In this document: in pieces, positions 41,712 through 52,955 of the stretch
How the letters are laid out: the number at the start of each line of letters is the position of its first letter
Position numbering within the stretch: the stretch's first letter is position 1
NCBI GenBank assembly: GCA_012295275.1
Contig: CM022673.1
Span: 310,001-374,000 of the forward strand
DNA: 64,000 nucleotides
From: Chrysomallon squamiferum
Lineage: Eukaryota; Animalia; Mollusca
Direction of reading: 5' to 3'
Made by a program: the position numbers and the translations under genes
Notes under the pieces: generated by a model
The model's database searches: none
Told to the model about the DNA's origin: nothing
Seen by the model: the letters and a program-made list of their open reading frames with translations, nothing else

Positions 41712-43157
41712 TCGGAACCCCAAAAATATTCCCTAAAAGCCAAAAAACAATAAAAAAAAAAAAAATAAAATATAAGAAATAAAATAAAATAAAACAACAA
41801 CAATACCAAGAACACCAATAAATCAACAACAATAAATAAATAAATAATAATAAAAAAATGGATTAAAAAAAAAAATCTATGAAAAAAACACCAAACAAAA
41901 GTAAACGAGAAAGAAACAACAAATATACGTGTCTGTATTAAAAACATCATTACCCGATACAGAAAAGTACTTCACAAAGAAGAATGGTCACGAGTCCTGG
42001 TTGATGCTCTGTTTCTGTTGTAACGATAGCACCACAGTGTTGACAGATAATCAACACTGGTTCTTGTTGATAGTTACATCTTTCACCCGGCTCTGGCTCC
42101 TTCTCTCCATAAACTGGCTCAGTTACTATAACTGGTGTTATAATTTAATATGTAAATCTAATATAAAATACAACGTTAAAATTATATAACATGTTATAAT
42201 AAAATTATGTAATATATAATATTAAAATTATGTAATTGTGTAAAATTAATAATATATATTACTAAACTTCTATAACGTATATAATACAAGAATTCTATCA
42301 AACATAACACTAACATTTTGTAGCTTAAAATATTAAAATTAGATAATGTATAAAAAAAAAGTTAAATGGATATATATGTACATCTGTTAAAAACACTAGC
42401 ACGGATAGATGTTAACATTTAGTAAATTAATCAACAGTGACAGACTAGTGTTTCAATTTACGAATTCAGTAAATTAAATAATCCTTGATATTATATGACA
42501 TTTAAAATTACAAAATAAATATTTCGTTTACAGTTAAAGCTGAGGTTTCAGATTCACTACGACTTGATGATACAGTGTGGGAACAATACGATGCGTCTCC
42601 GTTTAAAAACTCAGTTAAGACTCGTTAGATTTTTTAATTTTTTATTTTTTTTTTTTTTTTTTTAAAAGAAAAACAGAAAGAGAAATAAGGAAAGAGAAAA
42701 AAGTTTTAAGTATCAAAATCAGCCGATAACCTAAATATCGTGATATCGATTTATCGACTAATCGTTGTATCTATTTTTCTGTCTGTTTATCGATTTCTTT
42801 GTCTTTGTCCAATGTAGAATAACCTTTAATGGAAAGAAAATATTCGCAAGCTTAAATTCTAATACATTTTTCAGATTAATTTAGTAAATATTATTCTGAG
42901 TAGAAAGTTGCTGGAGTTACTTAATATCGCCAAAAAATTGCAAGTGAAAATTGACTGTCCTGTAACGGTGAAACGTCCTATTAAGATAGGGGAGGATGCC
43001 GTAAATGGACTGAAATTCATTCCCATATGGGATATAACATCTATATTTTAACTGACATATTATTTGTACCTAGCTCTAGCTCTGTTGGCGAAGAGTTAGC
43101 AGGCTGATCTTCCTGACCTGGGTATTCAGGTTGAGCTTCTTGTTTAGAATCGGCCAT
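40984..43157 (-). CDS. LITAF: LITAF-domain protein, copy 2 (short acidic N-terminus, no PPxY)
   Basis: Exons 43157-43070, 42131-41954 and 41095-40984 with the same intron phases (1, 2) as copy 1. Protein MADSKQEAQPEYPGQEDQPANSSPTELELVIVTEPVYGEKEPEPGERCNYQQEPVLIICQHCGAIVTTETEHQPGLVTILLCEVLFCIGCVLGCCLIPCCIDATRDVVHTCPNCHRLNGKFYRLR. Exons 2 and 3 are missing from the ORF track. Confidence 0.92.
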
Positions 43158-43303
43158 CTGCCCAACAAAGATAATGATAAGTCTGATTAGAACCTTTTGT
43201 ATATGTTGTGCATATTTCAGGTCATACAAACATACATACGCATTTCGAGATTGATGTATATAAATAACGGTAATCTCATTAGAAGACTGTTAATATTCTT
43301 GAT

Positions 43304-43305
<2 letters not shown>

Positions 43306-43389
<84 letters not shown>
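43306..43389. repeat. (CT)n microsatellite
   Basis: Perfect dinucleotide run. Confidence 0.95.
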
Positions 43390-43392
<3 letters not shown>

Positions 43393-44641
43393 CATACACA
43401 TATATATACACACAGATGATATATATACATATATACACATGCAAAAAAACACACACACACAGACTTATTTACTTACTTACATACGTACATACATACTCAC
43501 ATGCATACAAACAAATGCATATATACATACACAAAAACAGTCTGACCTACATACGTAGTTTTCAGTTGAATGACATGAGCTCTGCAACGCATGGTTAACC
43601 ATCTGTGTTCTTATATTAAAAAAATTCTGCTGCACTTATATTATGATGTGATCGAAAAAATGACACATATATATATTTATGCAGAAAATTTCGAATAGAC
43701 TACTGTACAAATTAAAATGTATTTTATGTAAATTATCAGTCTGTTGATTGAGATTGGTCATAGAAATTATAACATAGCACTATTACATTAATTGATTTAA
43801 ACTTGAAGAAATTAATTAAAAGCAAACTGTTACTAATTGATATTCAGTATATCTGGTTATCCACGAAACAGATTCTGTATAGATTATTATACTTACCTTC
43901 TTGGAGAATAAACTTTACAAATCTATGCATGTTGTAGTACATAAACGAACTCTTAAAATACGATGAATTTAAAGAGATACTTTAGGTGTTTTTAATTTTT
44001 TTGTTTTTATTATTTGTTCCTGTTTTACTTTTATATCTTTTCAAGTTCACTGAATTTTTGCGTTTACATTTTCTGAAAAGCACAGTGCAGAAGGCGACAA
44101 AATTGTAAAGACTTACATTATTAGCGAGGACATAACCAAGGGGAGAAAAACATGCTCCCGTTCAGAGACTGTGGCGGTTTAAAAAGTTGTCTTACCGGTA
44201 ACTATTACAGGAAATTAGGTCTCAGCGGTAGGTTAAATATTTTCTACTACAGTGAAAGATATTCTTTGAACAATAATGTTCTCTATATGTTAGGAAGATA
44301 TATATCTAGTGCATTTTTTGTATGTGTTATATATATGTATGTATGTATGTATGTGGGTATCATTGTTTATGTTTCTCTGTGTGCGTGTGTGTGTACAGAT
44401 ACACACACATACATGTATATATATATGCGTGCGTATATATGTGTAAATATATATGTAAATTATAAACTACGTATTTTAAGTATTAATAATAATCGTAATA
44501 AACGGGCAAATAAATAATTGAAAAAAACAAAACAAATCATACAAGGACACGCCTTTTTCATAGAATCTTAGTAACATTTTTATACTGATATTTATTATTT
44601 GTCAAAGTGAGTTTAAAAACCATAAAACCTATTTTACTAAA

Positions 44642-44743
44642 ACGGTGACGTTGGCAGTGCTGTTTCGGACGCTAGTCCAGATGTGGAACGGCATTCCCGA
44701 GGCATTCTTCAACAATCTGGTAAGCTCCACGAGACTATGGTGA
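44642..44743 (+). mobile_element. Tc1/mariner transposase C-terminal relic
   Basis: GC-richer island translating to TVTLAVLFRTLVQMWNGIPEAFFNNLVSSTRLW*, matching the Tc1 C-terminal pattern L..aL...W..IP.....LV.SM.RR. No TIRs or DDE core seen. Confidence 0.65.
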
Positions 44744-45960
44744 AATTTTAAATGAATTGAAGTTTTGTACAATTGCCTAATAAACAATGCTATCAGACTG
44801 TTTTATCATTTTAATGTCTTGAAATTATGTTTTTATCATCATAAACCTAGTTACTTTTTTCCGCTAGTGTATTTGATAATTTTGTCTTTGATGGACAAAA
44901 CTTCTAAAGGTATTTGTAATATAATTAATAACCATACATTTTGATATGATGAGACTACTCACGTTAATCATCTTTCTTCTCTCTCTCTCGTTTTCAAACT
45001 GGAAATATTGTGTTAGTACAGCTTTTAAATTAATATTCAAATGGAGAATATTTTGTCATCCTTTTAAATTAAATCGTTAGATAAATCAATGTTAAACTTT
45101 CTATGCACCACACTTTGTTTTTATGTAATAATGTAATTAATTGAGCATCAATGATCCAAAATGTTCTTTGGATTAGATAACATGAATTCCAATTGTGTTA
45201 CCTTTTTATACATTTTACTGCATCAGTATTTCTAATTAGTTAATAAACAAGGATAAAAAACCATAAAAAAGCCAAACAAACAACAGCAACATTAAATAAA
45301 TTAATGTTTAATGACACTTCTGAATATTTTAATGATTATTAATGTCAAATGTAAGTTTTCTGGTAAAAAGATGAAATGTAAAAAATCACACAAATCTGCT
45401 GGCACTATTCCAATGGCTACTCCGTCTGTCTGGCCCACATATTACAGCACTATAACAGTATTTCAACTCTCTTTAAACCTTCTCCAATAACAATTTATAT
45501 GTTGTTATTGATTTTTATCTTTTCAGTTTGATTACAGACAGATGTGGACACTGAATGATGAGACTAAACAGATTACAGAACAACAAAATAATTTCGACAA
45601 TTTCCTGATATTCAACAAAATATTCAACAGCTACAACATGGCTACAAAAACTTTGAAGAAAATTATTTAGGAAAATTTGGTTCGTGATTTTAATAAGATA
45701 ATAACTATGGGAACTAAATGAGACAGCACTATCTAATGTTTTTGTCAAAATCATGTTTCACTGCATAATTTGATTGATTAAAATAGCCCTTAAAAATAAA
45801 TTATTCTTTCAATATCAGGCTTGAAATGGAGGGAAATTTTGTACCAGTCTTCTTATAAATAAAAAGTGCATTAAATTGTTTTTGTTCTTTGATGCACAAA
45901 GAATGGAATGATAAAATGCTCCAAGGACACCTGACCAGGTTTGATCCTTCCACTTCTCAT

Positions 45961-48900
45961 CTACAGCAGATGTCTGTATTTTGGATTTACATCTAATTTG
46001 CATTCTGCACAGGGAAATTCTTTTGTGAGAAAAGGTTCATACCTGAAAAAAGAAAAGATTGAAATTCAGTTCCAAAAATCGAATAAAAGATAAACATCAT
46101 TCATATATAAAAAAAAAAAAAAAAAAAAATAAATAAAAAAAAAAAAAAAAAAAAAAAAGAAAAAAGAAAAAAAAAGAAGAAAAGAAAAAAAAGAATGTAT
46201 ACTTCATAATATCTGTCCTGTTACTATTCTTTTGTTATTTATAAACTAGTTACACACAAACATTGTTAACTGAATTTGTACCTCAATTCAGCAGCATGAA
46301 AGATACTTCAGACAGACAAACACACACACACACATGAACATGTTTAGCAAAGTAATAAAGGAATAATTTGAAAAATAGATGATATGTGTGCATTCACCTT
46401 TGCCTTACAAAAATATTTGTAATTTAAGATTAGAAGTTTGGAAAAAGAAGTGCTGGCTACTAGAAAAGTAGAATTTTTGAAAAATGCTGAACATAACTTA
46501 GCTTTGAAAAATTATTTATTCAAATAAATTAAAAGCATGATATTGAAACATTTAGAGAAAATTAATTTTAAAAAAAATTTAGGTTTTCGTTTTACAGATT
46601 TGATGTAAAATTGCAGTGTTTTGATATCATACCAAAAATTAACAGCTAAATTTCTTCCTTCTGCAACATTTGGTCTTGACTGAACCTCATGCCACCAAAA
46701 TGCAGGCATAAAGAGAACTTCACCTTCACTTATAGTACAGTTTATTGGATATGCATCAGCAAAGAGAGGGAACTTCTGGAATAATGAAACACAACTGTGT
46801 TTTAATGAAAAAGATATCACAAGGATATGATATAAACTGAAGGTATTTATAATTTATGTGGATTTTTTTCTGTATTTATTATTTTCTTACACACACACAC
46901 ACACATATATATATAAGAGAAAAACAAGTATCTTTTAAAAAATAAATAAAATAATAGCTCACAGAACCACTATTAGAACAAAAAAAATACCATTTGTTTT
47001 TAAAAATCAAGTAAAAAATAAAATTAAAAGAAAAGGAACTGAATGCAGCTGATCATTTACAAATTTAATAAAAAAGTATGTTTTAACAATAACATATTAA
47101 TCCAACTGTAAAATTACTGATTCAATTTTGTTTTATCACACATACAAACACACATAAATGTGTCTGTGTTTATGTTAATTTATATACCAATACAAAGAAA
47201 CAATATGTAAAATTAAAATGTGATAACAGTCCTAACTACATTACATACTTGTATATCAGGGGATAGTATGTCAACAGGGGACATAACCATGGATGTGCTG
47301 TCCATTAATTGTTTTCTTCGGAATGTGAAATTTTGTCTCTCTACTGACAACATGGCCTCTGGGATGTGACCTTCATATAGCTGTGGTGCATCATGTGGAC
47401 TGTACATAATAACCTGTTTTTGTCCACTGATCTGTGAAAACAAAATAATTTTTTAATTTTCAAAATTTTATGTACTGTACAGTTTCAATACTGAATACTA
47501 AGGTTTCAAATAATAGTAACAAAATAAATAAATAAATAAAATAAAAAAAAAAAAAAAAAAAAAAAAATAAATAAAAAATGCGGAAACACTAATGACTAAA
47601 GAATAATATTAATCTTATTACAATGTCTTGTAAATCAGCCTGTCAGTTAAATTAAAATTTGAAACATTAACAAATAGCAGTAATAATAATGAATTACAAT
47701 TAATGAGTGTTTAGCTATTTTAAACATGGCAACTGTAGATCAGTAGTTACACATGAACTGGATAAATCTGCCTGACTATTTTTTACAATTGATTCTGATT
47801 CTGATTTATCAGACAAACTTACACAGATGTTCTCAAGAACAATTAAGTTACTAACTTGGCAAAGAAAATTATCAAATGGATCAAAGTGCGTTTTTCCCAA
47901 GGTATTACCATCACTTAGCCACAAGTTGAGATGCTTGAGTTGAAGCACATCTTTGAAGAATGGCATTTCCTCAATATCCTCTTTCAGTTCGGGCATGTAC
48001 TGGTCGACTGACGTGTATTCTAAATAAGCTGAAACATTTGTCAACTTCCCTGAAGAAACTGATTCAACTATGTCCATGAATTCTGAAAATTTCATATTAT
48101 GAGCAGCAGGCCGGACAACAACAAGATCAGGAAACTGGAGTTGTTTAAATACTTCAGGTGGTATTTTGAATGTTTTAAAATTGTCCCATAAGGAGGCCAT
48201 TTCTACACCTTCATACTCACCTCCTGGTGTCAGCTTAATGTGAACTGTTCTTTCACCAAACGTTTTCCGAAGATATTTGTTAGTCCATTTCTTGAATGCC
48301 AGCCAGTTACTTGTAGCATTCTGGATAATTACTGGCTTAGACAGGGACAAGTAGTCATGAAAAAAATCTGACTTTGAAGGTAAAATGATCTTTTCACACT
48401 GAGGAATGGGAGAATTCCCTTCAAATACTTTTTCTGTATTTGATTTCTCTGACTCTTTTGACTTACATATATGAGAAGGAAAAAGCTGTTCCTTTATTTC
48501 ACTGTTTGTACATGAATGATTCATTTGAATTTTATGTATTTTTGCAATGTTCAGTGATGAAACGTTCTTCACATGAAATAAATTTTGAAGTATATAATCA
48601 CGGTGCATCCCCTCTATTGTAAGGGATCCATCAGGATTTCTGTACAGATTACAATGACTGTTTAAAAATTGAATTATATTTTCAAGGGATATTTTTCCCT
48701 CATAATCTTTTACTTTAGGATTTTTTTTCTTTACATTCGCCGGTTGTAACAAACATGTTCTATCAGTTTTACTTTTAATGAAAAGAATAAATATATTTTC
48801 ATTGCTTTCATTTTTATTTTGTTTTAGAAATGAAACATTTTCTCCATTAGGCCACTGAAATGTTGTCAAGTCTATAAGACCAAACCCTACTGACATTTCT

Positions 48901-49136
48901 TGTCCGTATGACACGTCAGCCAAATATTTAATTATTTTTCTATTTTCTTCATTACTTGAAGTAGACAGGGTGAAAAAACAGGACAATTCAGAGTGTGACA
49001 GTAATCTAATGGGGTCAATAACCTTTAAGTCAATACCTACAGTAAACTGTAAATTAAAATAAAAAAGAAATGCCCATAATATCAGAAACATAAAAACTCT
49101 CGTGTTTAAAACGAACAACTTTTTGCGTTCAGCCAT
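45961..49136 (-). CDS. JmjC-domain (cupin_8, JMJD7/JMJD8/FIH-like) Fe(II)/2-oxoglutarate oxygenase with N-terminal signal anchor and thioredoxin-like segment
   Basis: Exons 49136-47856, 47431-47249, 46775-46633, 46042-45961. Motifs SKPVIIQNA..W.AFKKWT, NLWLSDGNTLGKTHFDPFDNFLCQISGQK (HxD), GEVLFMPAFWWHEV (distal His) and NLAVNFWY. Hydrophobic N-terminus RVFMFLILWAFLFYF. Confidence 0.9.
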
Positions 49137-49232
49137 TGTCGCAACTCTTATTGTTAATTTCCTTCTTTTGTAGGAGAACCTAAGTAATCTGCAGCCTTGT
49201 CAGGGTTTTGAGACCATTTTCAGTTATAAGCC

Positions 49233-49488
49233 CAGTGGAGTGCAGATACCTGGTGATGCCCGGGGCCAACTCGTTGATTGTTTGCCCCAAAGACTCAAGT
49301 AACGAGAAATATTATAAGAAAGGAAGATATTTTGAATATGTAAATACAGACGAAACACAAAATAAACACTTTATTAGATTTAAATATAAATCAACCAAAT
49401 TTATTAAGTTCTTTTCTCTGATTGGATGCCCCCCAGTTGGATGCCCGGGGCCACGACCCCTTCGGCCAACACCATCTGCACGCTACTG
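49233..49488. mobile_element. Non-autonomous hAT-type DNA transposon (MITE), 256 bp
   Basis: TIRs CAGTGGAGTGCAGAT and ATCTGCACGCTACTG (13/15 match); 8-bp flanks TATAAGCC / TAAAAGCC (7/8 match); subterminal GATGCCCGGGGCCA present near both ends; AT-rich middle. Confidence 0.85.
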
Positions 49489-51732
49489 TAAAAGCCATAA
49501 TCAGATTAGTATTATAACAAAATGATTCTAACAGCTTGTCGAATGAAAAGTGCTTTAAAAAGCACTGAATGATTACAATAGCTATCTTATTATCAGTTTT
49601 AAATCATATTTTAAAAGTATAATTCATTTATATTAATACATTTTATTTTAAACTGCAGTCATTTAATTTATGGATAAACAATTCCCAAAATAACTAACAG
49701 ATATATTAACTAACTAACAAACTAACTGCATAACTAACTAACGAAATGAAAGCATACAACATATTCACCCAATTAAATGTCAGTTCTTCAATGCATGTAT
49801 TGAATTTTTTTCTCTCTTGTTTACTTTTCTATAGAAAAGCTTGACAAATTGCAACTCTAATTATAAACAGCAAGCAAATTTTTTACTTTGTATTAATTAT
49901 ATTCGTTTACTGTATTTTGTTTACTTAATAAAGAATTTATTACACAAAATCCTCAACAAATTCATTGTATGAGTTGTTAGATATCAGTAATAAATTTGAT
50001 AACCATAGTTAAGTAGCAATAGATCTTTTGTATGCATCTTCCCTAGAATGCACATCCCGTGCATGGTCTTTAATAAATCGGACATACGTTCTAGTTTGAA
50101 GGAGAAATAATCCAGTGGGTAAAATGAGAAGAATATAGTCTACGACCTGTCGTGCCTCATGCTTACGATCAAATCATAAATCTATGGCTAACATTATAGA
50201 TACAGTTTAATTGTAAAAACTAACAGATAAATAATATTTGGTTTCAAGCTGACATATAATCATATTTAAGTTTTCACTAGAATTAAAGTTATAATATTAC
50301 ATCAGAAACATTTTGGGAAGTGCTGTCGGATCATAGAAAACATAATTAATACATGGAATGGGACTTGTATATCTTGACGCGAAATTCCCATGTCGGGGGA
50401 ATCTCGCGAGAAAAGACGTTACGGATTCGGTGAAAGTTACGTCTAGGCTAGTCTCTCTCTGTTGCTAGGCACCGTATTACTCAAACAGTATCAAATTCCA
50501 CTTCCTTTTTGAGAACGCATTGCCTACGGTTCCTCTTTATAGCAGACGACTTAATGTTTACAAACAAAACTCCTTCAGGTTACTACTTTTCATAAAATAA
50601 AAAAATAAAAAAAATATAAATTTAATGGACTTATCTAACAGAAATTATAATGCAGAAAACTAACTTATAATTATTTTCACAAAAATATTTTAAAACGGTA
50701 AAAGAATGCACTTTTTGCATAAGAGTACTGAACTTTCGTGCACGAACTCTGCACGTAAAATGAAGACAGCGCCGTGTGCAAATTTATTAGTATGCGGAAA
50801 CTGCCAAACCCTGGAATGGGAATAAACATTCTGTAGGGCAGTGTGCAAAACATTATCTATCAGATAACTATTTCCGAAACAAACAATTGGTTCATTCCAA
50901 AAGAAGACTGGGGCGAAAAAGAGAGTACTCTACAAAAGCAAAGGTAAGATAAAATATTATCTAAAACATTATTTCAGTTATATTAATCCATTAATCATGT
51001 TTTATTAATCAAGTTTCAAAAGCAAAATATTTTATTATTATTAGTTTTGAGAACTATTTCTGTATGTATATTAGTAAATTATTTGGAATATTAAGGTCAT
51101 TGATATGTTTTAAAAAGATCTGCTTTTATACCTAAATACCTAAATAAAAAAATAAAAAATAAAATAAATAAAAAATATCTGAAAAACTGAAATTTCAAAA
51201 GGTTGCCTGCAAATGTATTACAGTTAGAGCATAATGTTATTGTTAATTTTGATTACCTGAAGCATTTGAAAATTTAACTTTTTTTTTTGTTTTGTTTCCT
51301 CTGTTTCGTTTTCTTTCTTTAATGTTTGAATATTTAACCTCTGTCATAAATTGTTTAAGATAAAATATACGGTATAAATTATGATAAACATTGGTATCAA
51401 TCACAGTGTTCATCATCATACCTACCAAACAAATAGCATTAGAAAAACAATCATTTCATTTAATTTCGTATTTTGAAAAATATCAGGCCTTATTCATTAC
51501 AAAATATAAAACAATTTATTGGGCGTTTAACTTATTAACCAGCTAATAAACTAATCCATTTTAAAATTATTTTATTCTTGTGTTTCTTAAATACTTGTTT
51601 GCTATTTTATTTAGTTTGCATTTAATTATAAGTACTTCTGGCAGAAGTCCAAATGCAGCCAGATAATTATAATCAGCTGCCTGTGTTGCTTAGAAACTAA
51701 AGTTATCCTTTTAAATCAATTGCATATGCTGG

Positions 51733-51769
<37 letters not shown>

Positions 51770-52104
51770 AAAACAACCAATGATGTTTTACTTATCGAAT
51801 TTTATCTTAACCACCTGAATGAAAACATACGCTGTATTGTTTCCATATCCTTCATAATGGAATACTTAACTGGAAGAAATGGATATAATTATTACAACGA
51901 ATCTCATAACCATCGGTCAATCCATCTGCAACCTAAAACTACAAAGAAAATTATAAATTATCAGTAAAGAAAAAATTGGAAACTTAAAGTTAAAGCAATA
52001 ACCTTCAGCACACTGTTTCTCCAGCCATCTGGTATAGATATAGCTTATGGGTTTTTAATTACAAGTAACTTCGACATACAAGCCGAGTAGAGTAGTCAGT
52101 ATAG

Positions 52105-52145
52105 GTAACCGTTTTACCCCGTATGACTATAAATAGCGTTCATCT
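52105..52145 (+). promoter_or_regulatory. Candidate TATA box (TATAAATAG), possibly for the downstream LIM gene
   Basis: gactataaatagcg at about 52126-52138 is followed by GC-richer sequence. The assignment to the LIM gene is inference only. Confidence 0.25.
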
Positions 52146-52844
52146 TGCTGGCAAATGCCGATCTTAGGTCTCCAGAGTTTGTCTTATCTCGCAGTAACAA
52201 GGCAGACTGCACACTGCCATTAACTGAAGCACGATCACCTGTACTTAGTATTTACACACGGCATATGGCCCGATGATTCACCGAGAGTTCCTGGAATTCT
52301 AGCCAAATTTAACTAACGTTTTCGAATCGCATTCCTTCCTCTTTTTGACGTGACATTACGGAGAAAGAAAGCTTTGTTAATAACTGAGAAATATATGTTT
52401 ATTAGTTGCTAGTGTTTAAAAAAAAAAATATATATATATATTCATACAAAAATCTACACCAAAAAAGATGTAAATATTAGATTGTAGTTTTCAAATGTAA
52501 TTCATTCTTTGATGCTGGCGGGTATTTTATGATCGCGATTCCAGACTAAATACTGAGTTAATAATACATTAGAACGCAAGTCGTTTTCATCGCAGATAAG
52601 TAGTAATTTCCTAAGAATAATAAACATAAAAACAAACACATACACAATGGAAGCATGCATATACAAACATCTGAATATACAAGATGTATAATTTTCTAAG
52701 TATAATAAACAAGAAAGAATACACATAAGGCCCGCTGACACGGAAGCATCCACTAAAGTTTAAGAAAGATAAGTAATTCTTTTGCATATATACCTTCCAT
52801 CGAAGATCAGAAAAATATACAATACAGTTTACAACAATGATTTA

Positions 52845-52955
52845 GACATGGAATACTTGTTGGAACGGGAAATGGCTCATTCGATACATAATGAGGTTTG
52901 ATCGCACCAATCTTCAAGCTTCAAGACAGTGCACAAACCACTGAGCTGCGTTCTT
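52845..52955 (-). mobile_element. Degenerate SINE-like fragment
   Basis: Similar to 27805-27900. Ends in accactgagctgcg, the reverse complement of a tRNA A-box-like agctcagtggt. Confidence 0.4.

Noticed and set aside
40984-43157. LITAF copy 2 as a pseudogene missing its middle exon
   Set aside because: The middle exon is present at 42131-41954, open and in phase.
49208-49525. 105-aa ORF
   Set aside because: Coincides with the hAT MITE; no protein motif.
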